Counted from the first letter of the stretch, positions 1 to 10,218 are shown. The stretch: DNA of 64,000 bases from a bacterium (GCA_963692865.2 OY843592.1:3712001-3776000); one strand, 5' to 3'. The notes: generated by a model from the letters alone, not told the origin. Made by a program: numbers and translations.

Positions 1-951
1 GAATTCGCTCACGATGAGCCAATAGTTGCCTATCAGCTTGAGCTTGGGGAGAACCTGCAAAAAGATCGCCAAAAACACGGTGAGGGTGAAAAAGGGAATT
101 TCCAGAAATTCGACTGAAACGACCAAGCAGAAAACCATCATCAAAAAAATCAGCGGCTCGTAGAAGAACGACGCGACGATTCTGTTGTCCATGACCTGGA
201 CACTCACCCTGCGATAGCCTCTCGCTCGCATCGTGTAGTGTTCGATGTGGTGCGTGAGGTTTCCAAACACCTTCACCGTCTTGATTCCCGAGAAAACATC
301 GTGAAGATAGGAGCTGACGTCTTCCACGCCCTGTGATTCTTTCGCTCCCTCCGCATAGGCCTTCCGAAACCATGGAAGCAGGAAAAACCAGGAGATCGAA
401 GTGAGTCCCAAGACCAGAAGACTCAGCGAAAAAGAAACCATCAGATTCAGAATCAAATACAAGACACAGAAGAAAACTGCGTTCGTGATGAGCATCACGT
501 GCTCGAATAGAAAACCGCAATTGTTCGCAGAGGTGAATTGAACACTGACGAGATCACCGATTTTTTTCCGGTAGAAAACCGAGAGTGGGAGATTTATGAG
601 GTTTCGGAAGATTCTTTCTCTCATTTCGCACGCGATTCTCGAACTCAGCACCCGCGCAAAGCGCATGGAGATCGCAACCAGGGCGTATTTGACCAGCATG
701 GCGAACGTGAACAGAGCGATGAGATTGAGGAGTGAAAACTCCAGGCCGACGACGCCGAATCCCCACTCGGCGTACGCCGTGAGAATGTGGTTCGTTTCGA
801 TGCCCTGAATCGCCTGAAATATGGGCATCAGCAGTCCCAAGCCGATACTTTCGAAAATCGTCGCCAAAATGAGGATGAGCAAGTACAAGAACAGAAACTC
901 CTTGTACTCCCGCGCGACGGCCAGAATATCCCTTTGCTTATCGTTCCACAT
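1..951 (-). CDS. ABC exporter, MsbA/PglK-like transmembrane domain (runs off the left edge of the window)
   Basis: Manual translation from ATG at 951 reads MWNDKQRDILAVAREYKEFLFLYLLILILATIFESIGLGLLMP..., later 'LINLPLSVFYRKKIGDLVS'. This is the typical multi-TM ABC_membrane pattern. Absent from the ORF track because there is no stop in the window. Confidence 0.8.
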   Translation of the reverse strand, partial: MWNDKQRDILAVAREYKEFLFLYLLILILATIFESIGLGLLMPIFQAIQGIETNHILTAYAEWGFGVVGLEFSLLNLIALFTFAMLVKYALVAISMRFARVLSSRIACEMRERIFRNLINLPLSVFYRKKIGDLVSVQFTSANNCGFLFEHVMLITNAVFFCVLYLILNLMVSFSLSLLVLGLTSISWFFLLPWFRKAYAEGAKESQGVEDVSSYLHDVFSGIKTVKVFGNLTHHIEHYTMRARGYRRVSVQVMDNRIVASFFYEPLIFLMMVFCLVVSVEFLEIPFFTLTVFLAIFLQVLPKLKLIGNYWLIVSEF

Positions 952-1152
952 ACGGCTTCTTTGGCTTAAGCCGGAAATTGCCCGAAAACACGAACGATTT
1001 CATCTGGTCGAACCCCCCGGACGCATCAAGAGAATCACTCGATGCGTCTCGCAGGCTACGCCATGCGCTTCATTCTCATTCGCTTCCGGGCCGGGTCGAT
1101 ATCTCCGGAACTTTGCCTCGTGGTGGGTCTGTTCTATCTCGTGGAATGGCGT

Positions 1153-2559
1153 TCATGGACTCCGAATATCGGCGAGTTTATCAGACGGAGACGTTTGCAT
1201 CCACTCGGCCGCTATTTTCTCAGCCAACCAGAAACCATACTCGGAATTGATTCTCACGCTTTCCTCCGGGAGCATCGTGATGTGCCCTATTCTTTCTCCC
1301 GGAAATTTTCCGGCTAGAATCGTGTCCGACCGGCTCAGGTAGATCGCGCCGTTTTCCCTGAACAGCGCCTTTCTCTCCAGACGCAGCGTTCTCTGGCGAG
1401 AACCGTTGACTGGTGTGAGTCCGTTTTTCCCGTGATGATAGAAAAACGAAGTATCCTCGGTAATGGCTATCACGGAATCGACATTGAAAATCGTCATGGT
1501 ATCCACGGCTTCATCGATGTGCCTGCCCCTGCGAAAAGGGGTGTCTACGTAGCATACGCATACGGCGTCGGGAACGTATCCCCGCTCCCCCAGCGTCCTC
1601 AAAACATGAAGCGCCGTATCCTCCATCATGGCAGTCCGTTTCGCCGGCGCTTGGGGTCTGAGGAGTCCGTCCACTCCCTCGAAGCGCTCCGCATAGGCCA
1701 ATACATCTTCATCGTTTGAGAATACGACTGTCCTGTCGACGGAACACGCTTCCACGATTTGCTCCAGCGTTCGCCCCAGCAGCGGTTTTCCCATGAACTG
1801 CGTAAAAGGATTCTCGAGTTCGAATCCCGCATCCACGACGACGGGAACGAGCGCCAACACTCTCGGTTTGCGGGAGAGGTTCATCTCCTCCACTACCCGC
1901 CTTTTGATTTTGCAGCGCGTCTCCAGGAGAAGCCCTTGGGACTTCGACAAACCCTCGCCGTGGCGACGATAATAGAACAGGGGCAGGTTCACATTGTAGG
2001 GACGATGCCGTTCAATGAATTTCAACCACATGCCACAGCCGTCCTGTCGATCGAACTCCTCGAAATAACCTCCTATTTCCAGCAAAACTTCCTTGCGGAT
2101 CATGGTGCATGCGCCATGGGCCGGAATATCCAGCAAATCGACTTCTTCTCCTATCTTCTGGCGACGGACGATTTCGGTGATCTCTCCATCCTCGTCCACG
2201 TGATAATAATCCGGATACACCAAGCCCACGCCGGGCTTCGCGTCCAGGACATGGGAGAGGATCAACAAAATGTTCTCGTCCAGGAAATCATCTGCATCCA
2301 GCCGCATGAGGTATTCACCCTCGGCGATGCGCAAGGCGATATTGTTCGTGATATTCAAGCCCTTGTTCTCTTGCTCGAGAATGCGAATCTTGGGATGGGT
2401 TCTATAAGATTTGAGTATCTCCGGAGTGTTGTCGGTCGATCCGTCATCAATAACGATCAACTCCCAGTCGGCCATGGTCTGCTCTAGCACGCTTCGTATC
2501 GCGGCATCGAGAAAACGACCGTAGTTGTAAGCAGGGATGTACACCGTGACTTTAGGCAT
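1153..2559 (-). CDS. Glycosyltransferase family 2 fused to a degenerate CMP-nonulosonate synthetase (NeuA-like) domain
   Basis: N-terminal VYIPAYN...IDDGSTD...RLDADD (GT-A fold). C-terminal GKPLL...DTPFRR...DSVIA...RENGAIYL resembles acylneuraminate cytidylyltransferases. Confidence 0.85.
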   Translation of the reverse strand: MPKVTVYIPAYNYGRFLDAAIRSVLEQTMADWELIVIDDGSTDNTPEILKSYRTHPKIRILEQENKGLNITNNIALRIAEGEYLMRLDADDFLDENILLILSHVLDAKPGVGLVYPDYYHVDEDGEITEIVRRQKIGEEVDLLDIPAHGACTMIRKEVLLEIGGYFEEFDRQDGCGMWLKFIERHRPYNVNLPLFYYRRHGEGLSKSQGLLLETRCKIKRRVVEEMNLSRKPRVLALVPVVVDAGFELENPFTQFMGKPLLGRTLEQIVEACSVDRTVVFSNDEDVLAYAERFEGVDGLLRPQAPAKRTAMMEDTALHVLRTLGERGYVPDAVCVCYVDTPFRRGRHIDEAVDTMTIFNVDSVIAITEDTSFFYHHGKNGLTPVNGSRQRTLRLERKALFRENGAIYLSRSDTILAGKFPGERIGHITMLPEESVRINSEYGFWLAEKIAAEWMQTSPSDKLADIRSP

Positions 2560-2598
2560 GACGTATCGACTCGAATGGCATAAACCCCGATTCCACGA

Positions 2599-4191
2599 TC
2601 ACTCCACCATGTCCATCGTGAGAGCCTGATCCTCTCGGATATCCGTTTTCGCCCGTTTGCCGATCAACGCATCCATCATCCAACCGGGAAGGCCGTCGGC
2701 GGGCCGCTTCATGCCCAACATCGAAGATTCGATGCTCTCCCCACGCCGAATGTCCCGCTCGGCGACGATGCTGCGCCGCGCGCCGTTTCGCGCGCCGCTT
2801 TCCGCTTCTGCGACTCCTAATGCGCCGTCGCCCAAAGCGCTCTCCGCAAGGCGAACATTTTGCACCATCTTTTTCAAATCTTTCGGGTCCATCGAAAAGA
2901 AATGCCCCGAGCCGCTCAGGCTCCGGTCCAGTGTGTAGTGTTTTTCGAGAACCTTTGCGCCCAGCGCCACGCCCAGAGCGGGTATGACCATGTGTTCGTC
3001 CGGCTCGGTATGGTCGGACAAACCGACGATGAGGCCACGATACTTTTCCTTCAAAGTGCGGATTCGAAGGAGGTTCGCCTCTTCGTTCGCAGCCGGATAG
3101 CTCAAGGTGCAGGCCATGAGGATGAGTTGCTGGTTGCCCGTGGTGAAAATGGCGGAGATAGCCCGCTCGATCTCCGCCACGGTCGAACCGCCGGTCGAAA
3201 GAATAACGGGCTTGCCGAAACCCGCCACGCGCTTGAGCAACCGACCGTCAGGGAGGTCGCACGAGGCAATCTTGAAGAGTGGCGCGCCCAAATCGTTCAG
3301 TATCTCGGCGCTTTCTACGTCGAAGGGCGTGGAAAACGTGATGACGCCCTTCTCGTGGCCATGCTTGATAAGCGCTTCATATTCGGGCGCGCCGAAGCGA
3401 TCCAGTTTCCGATAATACTCGATTTGCGGAATCCGCTTTCCCCGCCAGTAGGTCATCGCCCCTTTGCGCGTCAGGCGCTCCGCCTTGTAGGTCTGGAACT
3501 TGATCGCATCCGCCCCGGCATCGGCGGCGAGGTCAATCATTTCCTTGGCGGTTTGAACGTCACACATGTGATTGCAGGCGGCTTCGGCGATCACGAAGGT
3601 GGGATGTCCTGCGCCTATCATCTTGCCGCCGACGGCGATTTCCTTTGAGTATGGACTAATCTCCTGCGCGGCCATGGCGAAGTCGAACGCGGAGTGGATG
3701 TTGGTGCAATCATCCTGAACGATGGAGGCGCACAGAGGCGGATCCGCCGTCAACGCCCTCATGCTCATGATGCGGAGTGCTCCGTTTCGCTTGCCGTGGC
3801 GGTCCACCGTGCACAAATCGTCTATTCCATTGTTCTCGACGTATTCCAACAGGGCGTCCAGGTCGCTTTTTCTGCTCGGATGATCGGGCTGAACCCCAAC
3901 GAGAAAAGAAATGTTCTCACGGCCCAATTTCTCTGCAACGTCCCGGTAGACTTCGATGAGCGGCGCTTCACCGCTCAACTCCGGGCCACGCAAATGAACC
4001 TTCGCGCCGTTTCGCCCGGCGATTTCGGCGACTTCCTCCGAATCGGTGGATACGATGATCTTGTCCACGCTCTTGAATCCACCGGCGTAACGTATCGCAT
4101 GCGCCAACAAAGAAACCCCATCTATTTCCAGCAAATTCTTGTCCGCCAGACGACTCGAATGCCGTTTGGCCGGAATGACGGCGACGATCAC
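2599..4191 (-). CDS. Cytidylyltransferase (NeuA-like) fused to NeuB/SpsE-family nonulosonic acid synthase with C-terminal SAF domain
   Basis: IPAKRHSSRLADKN at the N-terminus; IAEAACNH, ADAIKFQT, KIASCD, GLSDHT, EKHYTLD; C-terminal RRSIVA...KRPADG. Confidence 0.9.
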   Translation of the reverse strand: MIVAVIPAKRHSSRLADKNLLEIDGVSLLAHAIRYAGGFKSVDKIIVSTDSEEVAEIAGRNGAKVHLRGPELSGEAPLIEVYRDVAEKLGRENISFLVGVQPDHPSRKSDLDALLEYVENNGIDDLCTVDRHGKRNGALRIMSMRALTADPPLCASIVQDDCTNIHSAFDFAMAAQEISPYSKEIAVGGKMIGAGHPTFVIAEAACNHMCDVQTAKEMIDLAADAGADAIKFQTYKAERLTRKGAMTYWRGKRIPQIEYYRKLDRFGAPEYEALIKHGHEKGVITFSTPFDVESAEILNDLGAPLFKIASCDLPDGRLLKRVAGFGKPVILSTGGSTVAEIERAISAIFTTGNQQLILMACTLSYPAANEEANLLRIRTLKEKYRGLIVGLSDHTEPDEHMVIPALGVALGAKVLEKHYTLDRSLSGSGHFFSMDPKDLKKMVQNVRLAESALGDGALGVAEAESGARNGARRSIVAERDIRRGESIESSMLGMKRPADGLPGWMMDALIGKRAKTDIREDQALTMDMVE

Positions 4192-5483
4192 CTCCCCTTC
4201 CCCCTCGTTTTCATGCCGGGAATCACGGGCAGGATTTGTCCCGCCTGCCGAAGCACGATGACTTTCGAATCCGGTCCCGAAGAATCCAGAGCGGCATCGA
4301 CCGCCGCCCCTATCGATTCTGACCAGCCGAGCCCCATTCTCTCCGCCTCTTCGCGACCGATATTTGGAGAAACCAACACGCCTTTCACACGCCCGGAGAT
4401 GATTCTTCCGATGGCGACCAGCGTGTAGGCCAGGAGTTTTTCACGAAATTCGCCCGCTTCGACCTTGCAGTAAAGCGCGTCGGGGTCTTTGAATCCATAA
4501 CGCTCGAAATTCGGGAATTGTGGCGAAACGCCCTCCCGGCACTCCGCTGCCAGGATGATCACCCCGCCATCGCGGCAGACGACGTCCCCCGCGCACACAG
4601 CCTTGATGGCCTGACGCAAATCGATGTCGGAGGGGAAGGCTTCCGCGACGACGACTTCCGCCTTCTCAGGGATCGACGCGCCGTATAGTTTCAGGCATCG
4701 CCCACAGCCCGCCTCGTGGGCTATTTCCACGTCTCCGGCAACGGCGTCGTAGATTCTTCTTTCATCCATCATGATCGTGTTGACGATGAAGCGCAGTCCC
4801 GCCCGGCGTGCAACGCGAACGAACGCTTCCCTCACCCTGTTGTCGAAGTTGCCGAGAATTTCGCTCATCTCATAATCCAGAGCGGCCCAGTGAGTCGCCT
4901 CTATCGTGGCCTCGCCGCAAATGCCGGGCATCACGCTCTTCGCCCCGCCGGAGAAACCCGCCGTCGCATGGGGGATGATACTGCCGACGGATATAACGAG
5001 ATCCGTCCCCAGGATTTCCCGGTTCATCAACACGTCGAAGCCCAGCGCGCTCCTTCCCAATGAAGTCATTCTGGCGGGATTTTTCCACTCGTGGTTGAGA
5101 ATCTCGAATCGCGCGGCCAGATCGTCGCCGAACTTGCGCCTTATCTCCTCATCCGTCATCGCGCGGTGCGTGCCCAGGCCGATCAGGATACGGACCGAGG
5201 AATCGGGGACGCCCACCTCGGCGAGTTCTTCCAGAATGAGGGGGAGCACGCGATGAAGCGGGGTATGGCGCGTGTTGTCGTCGGTGACGATCAACACCCT
5301 TTCGGCGCTTTTGGAAATCTCCCGAAGAGGGGGAGCGCCGATCGGGTTTCGAATCCGCTCTCTGAGGACTTCGTCGTCAAGACCCTTGCCTTTCAGAGGG
5401 GCGGGGCCATAGACGCCCACTAGCCGTCCATCTTCGACTTCGAAGTCGTCGAATAGATTATTTGTCAGTGATATTTTGGCCAT
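4188..5483 (-). CDS. larA: LarA-family nickel-pincer-nucleotide-dependent 2-hydroxyacid racemase/epimerase
   Basis: NPIGAPPL, DDNTRHTP, GLGTHR, PHATAGFSGGAKSVMPG, H in HWAA and QAIKA match the LarA catalytic and cofactor-binding residues. Confidence 0.85.
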   Translation of the reverse strand: MAKISLTNNLFDDFEVEDGRLVGVYGPAPLKGKGLDDEVLRERIRNPIGAPPLREISKSAERVLIVTDDNTRHTPLHRVLPLILEELAEVGVPDSSVRILIGLGTHRAMTDEEIRRKFGDDLAARFEILNHEWKNPARMTSLGRSALGFDVLMNREILGTDLVISVGSIIPHATAGFSGGAKSVMPGICGEATIEATHWAALDYEMSEILGNFDNRVREAFVRVARRAGLRFIVNTIMMDERRIYDAVAGDVEIAHEAGCGRCLKLYGASIPEKAEVVVAEAFPSDIDLRQAIKAVCAGDVVCRDGGVIILAAECREGVSPQFPNFERYGFKDPDALYCKVEAGEFREKLLAYTLVAIGRIISGRVKGVLVSPNIGREEAERMGLGWSESIGAAVDAALDSSGPDSKVIVLRQAGQILPVIPGMKTRGKGR

Positions 5484-7369
5484 CAGCCCGTTCCCGCCTC
5501 ATCGTTTCGCCACAATTCGGAATCGGGGGATGAGAAAATATCCACCCATTCTGCGCGCCAGTTCTCGCTGCTCCTGTAATAACGACCCGCAAACTCGGCG
5601 ACGACTTCCCGCGTGCGTCCATCCTCCCACCACGAATCGACGTCGGGCCAGATGGCGTTCAGATGCTTCGCCGCGCCTTCGCCGGATGAATGGTGAACAC
5701 CTACGCTTGAGAGTTTTTTGAAGTATGGCGTGGCATGGCGTGAAACCCGCCAGGCGTTTTGATGGCCAAAGAAAAGGGTCGGAATGCGCGCCGCCATCGT
5801 GTAGGCCGCCGTCGTCCCCGGACGATCGAGAACGCAAACGCCGCACCCCGCCAATGCGGGCGAGAGCCTGCTCGGCATGTATCGCGCCAGTTTTCCATGA
5901 AGTATTTTCACGTCGGTATATCGTGTTTCGATATAGGCCTGATCGTAGCGGTTGTTTCTCCTGCGCATGTACGGCCTGTAAAACAAGGCGGATCGAGGCG
6001 CGTCGTCCAGGTGTTCTATGAAACTCGCTTTCTCCCGCATATAGTGCGGTATGTCTTCGGGAATGCAGTCCGCCGCCAGCCACTTGAGATGGGGGGTGAG
6101 TTCGGAGCTGACCAAAATGATGGACAGGCCACGTTTCTTGCTCCGCTTCATTTTCGAAAGAAAAGGAGAGGCCGCCGGCATGGCCCTTACCCGATAATCG
6201 GATTGGCGCCTCCATCCCCACGATATGAATCGATCGGCCGCCTCATACTCGGCCAGATGATGCCAGGGCGCCGATTCGATAACGCCGTAGTTTCCCCCAT
6301 GCTGATTGATGACCAGCTTTACGGGGCGTTTTTCGAGGAGAGCGGCCACGTAAAAATTCGATTGATCGTCATTTCCGAGATGACCATAGGCGATGGTGTC
6401 CGTCCAGGGCGCCGTCGCTCTCACCCTTGACAGCGCTTTTTTCTCGTTTTCCAGATAATGATCCGTGAAAACCTTCGGCATCGTCTCCGAAACGAGTCCA
6501 TCCAGAACACTCAGGAAAATCCCGGCCTCCCCACGCGATACGTCCAGAATCGATCGGAGTTCTCCAACCACGTCTTCTTTGGTAAGGCGCACGCTTTCCG
6601 CTTTCGGTGTTTCCCGAAACGACCTCGCGGCCTCCCCCCGGCGTCTTCCACCTCGAAACAGCATGCGCAAGGAAATACAAAGGGCATCCAGCGGACTCAG
6701 GCCAAGCACCTTATGAAATTGCACGCGCCCTATGTTGGAAGAGAGAATGCTCGTCCAGCGGTAGGCCTCCATTTTTCTTTGTACTTTCCTGAATATGGCG
6801 TAGTTTTCCGTTGGCGGCGCGCCGGATGAGTGGTTTGAGGAAAAATACGCATCTTCCGGGGCGGGCGCGCCGTCTTCCATCGTCCACCCCTGCGGCTCGT
6901 ATGCGCGGATGAACCTGCTGAAGATCAGCCGGTTCAATGGATCGTCGATCATCATCTGGTTGAAATGCGGTGTCGTGATGGATGAGAGAGTTTCATCGCG
7001 CGGCGCGAGATACACCAGATACGGAACCCCGCTCCTCACCCTGTTTCTGATGCGCAAAAACCGCTCGAAAGAGCACATGACGAGACTGGTGAGCCACGGC
7101 ATCAACAAGATGCGCCAGTAGCGATTCGAATAAGAGCGGTCGTGGCTTTCGTTTTGTCTCAAGGCCAATCGAGAGATGTAAAACTCACAAACCTTCTCCA
7201 GCCTTCTGGAAACGAAGTGAACCTCCTCGCTCCGAAGAGGCGGCTCGATTCCGTATTTCCTCCACTCCCACCCGAAAAACTTGGGCGCAGGGAGTGACCA
7301 GGGGCCCAGATGCTCGGTTCCCCTTTCATCCGGGATGGAATCGATTTTCGTCAAGATAAGTCGTTTCAT
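5483..7369 (-). CDS. LIC12162-family putative transferase (surface-glycan loci)
   Basis: LGPW, YSNRYWRILLMPWL, QHGGNYG and FISWGW motifs. Start placed at MKRLILT because the ORF-track extension overlaps the tRNA. Confidence 0.7.
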   Translation of the reverse strand: MKRLILTKIDSIPDERGTEHLGPWSLPAPKFFGWEWRKYGIEPPLRSEEVHFVSRRLEKVCEFYISRLALRQNESHDRSYSNRYWRILLMPWLTSLVMCSFERFLRIRNRVRSGVPYLVYLAPRDETLSSITTPHFNQMMIDDPLNRLIFSRFIRAYEPQGWTMEDGAPAPEDAYFSSNHSSGAPPTENYAIFRKVQRKMEAYRWTSILSSNIGRVQFHKVLGLSPLDALCISLRMLFRGGRRRGEAARSFRETPKAESVRLTKEDVVGELRSILDVSRGEAGIFLSVLDGLVSETMPKVFTDHYLENEKKALSRVRATAPWTDTIAYGHLGNDDQSNFYVAALLEKRPVKLVINQHGGNYGVIESAPWHHLAEYEAADRFISWGWRRQSDYRVRAMPAASPFLSKMKRSKKRGLSIILVSSELTPHLKWLAADCIPEDIPHYMREKASFIEHLDDAPRSALFYRPYMRRRNNRYDQAYIETRYTDVKILHGKLARYMPSRLSPALAGCGVCVLDRPGTTAAYTMAARIPTLFFGHQNAWRVSRHATPYFKKLSSVGVHHSSGEGAAKHLNAIWPDVDSWWEDGRTREVVAEFAGRYYRSSENWRAEWVDIFSSPDSELWRNDEAGTG

Positions 7370-7512
7370 TCGTCGGGCGCTTTCCTCGCGCCTCATCGCA
7401 TACGCATGAGGCGCGGACGGAGCAACGGCGCTGATGACCGTCCCCCCAAGGCGCGCGTTGTTACACCCTCGCGCCGCCCGACTTGACGGGAAAGGAATAT
7501 GGGTGCTCTGGT

Positions 7513-7590
7513 TGGCGTCCCCAAGGGGATTCGAACCCCTGTTGCCGGCGTGAAAGGCCGGTGTCCTGGGCCAGGCTAGACGATGGGGAC
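7513..7590 (-). tRNA. tRNA-Glu (anticodon TTC)
   Basis: Reverse complement is GTCCCCATCGTCTAGCCTGGCCCAGGACACCGGCCTTTCACGCCGGCAACAGGGGTTCGAATCCCCTTGGGGACGCCA: cloverleaf, T-loop GTTCGAA, encoded CCA. Confidence 0.97.
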
Positions 7591-7688
7591 CGGCAAACAT
7601 TCATGAGGGCCGGGAAGCGGAGTCCCGAACCATCAAGGGGTCGATTTATACTGGTTTTCGGGCCGAAAGTCCATCCTGCTCCATCGTT

Positions 7689-8558
7689 TCAAACGCGCAA
7701 GACGACCAGAATCACTCCGCTCACGGTGAGCGTCGCTCCCGCGGGTACTCGCCATGTGATGAATTCGGCTCTCCTCAGAAAAATCACGCTGAAAAGCACG
7801 GTGAACAAGGGGCTGATTTGCACGAGCGGCACCACCCTGAAAACCTCGCTCACCTGCAAGGCGGAGGTGAAGAGAAAAATTCCCATCCCCGCCGCTATCC
7901 CGCCCAGCAGATACGGCCAAAACGCCCGCTTCACGTCTCCTGCCTCCCCTTCGCGCAAGGCGTAACAGGTGTATGCGCCCACCAAGACAAGAGCGGCGGA
8001 GGCGCCTACCATCGAGGCGGGAAGAGCGCTCGGAAAAACAACCAGCCCCTTTTTCCAGGACATGGCTCCAAACCCCGATATGACCGCCGCGATCAGGGGC
8101 CAACGGGCGTCCCAGCGGCTCCATCGACCTTCCGTCTTTCCCGATACGAGCAACACGATGCCGCCAACCACGAACACAACGCCCATCAGATGATACCAGG
8201 CCGGGTCCTCTCCCAGAAAAATAAGCGCAAAAAGAGCGGCGAATATGGGAGACATCCCCTTAATCGGCGCCGCGCGCGCCACGCCGATCCGGTGGATGCC
8301 GATCAGGAAAAAGATGAGGAAAAGACCCGGGTTGCACATGCCGCCAATCATTACCCACAGATAGTGCGCACCCATTTCCGGGAACGGGGGACCCAGGAGA
8401 AATACCAGCGGAACGAAAAGGAGCAACTCTCCCACCAGCGTGATGGTGGCGCCCACGAAATGGTTGGCGTACTGCAAGCCCTTGCGCGCGAAGATATCCG
8501 CACAGGTGAAAGAGAGCGCCGCGCTCAGGGCGAGAAAAACGAACGGCTCGATCAGCAA
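7689..8558 (-). CDS. DMT/EamA-family transporter
   Basis: About 10 hydrophobic helices in two repeats, with SPIFAALFALIFLGE and SPLFTVLFSVIFL. Confidence 0.88.
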   Translation of the reverse strand: MLIEPFVFLALSAALSFTCADIFARKGLQYANHFVGATITLVGELLLFVPLVFLLGPPFPEMGAHYLWVMIGGMCNPGLFLIFFLIGIHRIGVARAAPIKGMSPIFAALFALIFLGEDPAWYHLMGVVFVVGGIVLLVSGKTEGRWSRWDARWPLIAAVISGFGAMSWKKGLVVFPSALPASMVGASAALVLVGAYTCYALREGEAGDVKRAFWPYLLGGIAAGMGIFLFTSALQVSEVFRVVPLVQISPLFTVLFSVIFLRRAEFITWRVPAGATLTVSGVILVVLRV

Positions 8559-8624
8559 GGCGGGAGTCTCCGCGCGAAAATCGACGACCTCAAAGATATC
8601 CTCCCCCGGAGGAGCCCTGAAAAT

Positions 8625-9845
8625 CTAGGCGAGATATTTCTCAGAATTTTCCAGGAACTCGACCGCCGCCTGGACGAGGACGCTCGCGCCGACCGGCAGC
8701 GCCTCCTCATCCAGGTCGAAGCGATCGGAATGGAGACCGTGAACGAACCCTTTTTCTTCGTTCGATATACCCACGCGGAACAGGGCGCCGGGCCGCTTCT
8801 CCGCCATGTAGGAGAAATCCTCGCCTCCCATCGAAAGCGGCATCTCTTTCACGTTCTCTGCGCCGAGAACCTGAATGCCCGCATTTTCGACGAGCGCGGC
8901 GGCGGCCTCGTGGTTCACCAAAACGGGATATCCCGGCGTGATGTCGAGGTCGATCCGCACGTCGAAGGCTTCGGCCACCCCGCGCGCCACCGCCCGCACG
9001 CGCTCGGCCATCTTCGCCCTGACCTTCGGATCGTGCGTGCGGATGGTGCCCTGAATCTTGACGTCGCGCGGCACGATGTTGACCGCAACGCCTGCTTCGA
9101 AAGTCGTGATGGAAAGTACGGCGGATTCGAAAGGACCGACGTTTCTGCTCACGATGGTTTGCAGCGCGGTCACCAGATGGCAGGCGGCCACCAGGGCGTC
9201 TTTGGATTGATGGGGATACGCCGCGTGCGAGCTTTCGCCTCTGATGCGAAAGAGGAGTCTGTCCCCCGCCGCCAGCGCGGGGCCCGCGCGCGTGCCGATG
9301 TGGCCCGCCGGCATGTCGGGCCACACGTGCGCGGCGATGAGGAGATCCACCCGCGGCTCCTCCAGAATGCCTTCTTCCACCATCCTCTTTCCGCCGGCCT
9401 TCCCCTCCTCCGCCGGCTGAAAGATGAACTTGACGTTCCCCCCCAGACCGCCGATCCAATCCTTGTTCTCGGAAAGAAGGCGCGCCGCGCCCAGCAGCAT
9501 ACTCACGTGGGCGTCATGCCCGCAGGCGTGCATCTTTCCCGGACGGCGGCTCTTGTAGGGAACGTCGTTGGACTCGCCGATGGGGAGCGCATCCATGTCG
9601 GCGCGCATGCCGATGGTGGGGCCGGGCCGTCCCGTCTTCAGCAGGCCGACCACCCCGGTTTCCGCGATGCCGGCGTACGCTTCGACCCCGAAACTCTCGA
9701 GGTTCTCCACAATGAAGCGGGAGGTTTCATGCTCCTCGTAGCCGAGTTCGGGATTCATGTGAATGGCGCGTCTGGTCTCGGAAAGCCATGGCAGCAGCGC
9801 CGAAGAAGCATCCCGTATCGATCGCGATGTGTCGCCGGATTTCAT
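8625..9845 (-). CDS. M20D-family amidohydrolase
   Basis: HMNPELGYEE, RADMDALP, MHACGHD, FQPAEEG, GGEDF, LHSDRFD. Confidence 0.92.
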   Translation of the reverse strand: MKSGDTSRSIRDASSALLPWLSETRRAIHMNPELGYEEHETSRFIVENLESFGVEAYAGIAETGVVGLLKTGRPGPTIGMRADMDALPIGESNDVPYKSRRPGKMHACGHDAHVSMLLGAARLLSENKDWIGGLGGNVKFIFQPAEEGKAGGKRMVEEGILEEPRVDLLIAAHVWPDMPAGHIGTRAGPALAAGDRLLFRIRGESSHAAYPHQSKDALVAACHLVTALQTIVSRNVGPFESAVLSITTFEAGVAVNIVPRDVKIQGTIRTHDPKVRAKMAERVRAVARGVAEAFDVRIDLDITPGYPVLVNHEAAAALVENAGIQVLGAENVKEMPLSMGGEDFSYMAEKRPGALFRVGISNEEKGFVHGLHSDRFDLDEEALPVGASVLVQAAVEFLENSEKYLA

Positions 9846-10218
9846 GAATTCGTTTCCCTCACCCCGCCCAGGCGCCCTTTACGAATCCTCTCCGTAAAAG
9901 CTCGGCAGGCGTTTGGAAAAATGCTCGATGAAGGCTAGATATCACAATCGAATGGGATAAACCAATCCTTTGACCGATTTCGCGCTTGCCAGCCCGGACG
10001 ATGACACCTGGATAGGCGGGAGCGGTTCCGTCGGCGGTGGATTCAATCATAATAATCACGCTATCGCTTCCGCGCTCCCCATTCCTTTCGGCTGATTGCA
10101 AGTCAGGGGCACGGCTGATTGAAAATTTCAGGCCGGCTGGATGAAAGGCGACGGAAAAACCTCACATGCTGGAGCAACAGAAGGTATTACTCTACATCAG
10201 AGACGCCACCCCAGACGA

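Noticed and set aside
7370-7600. N-terminal extension of the 705-aa ORF
   Set aside because: It runs through tRNA-Glu; protein-like sequence begins at MKRLILT (7369).
7818-9938. Long antisense or alternative-frame ORFs (e.g. 7818-9938, 40687-42447, 58210-60150, the 5' part of 56279-59329)
   Set aside because: Shadow ORFs of high-GC genes with no family motifs.
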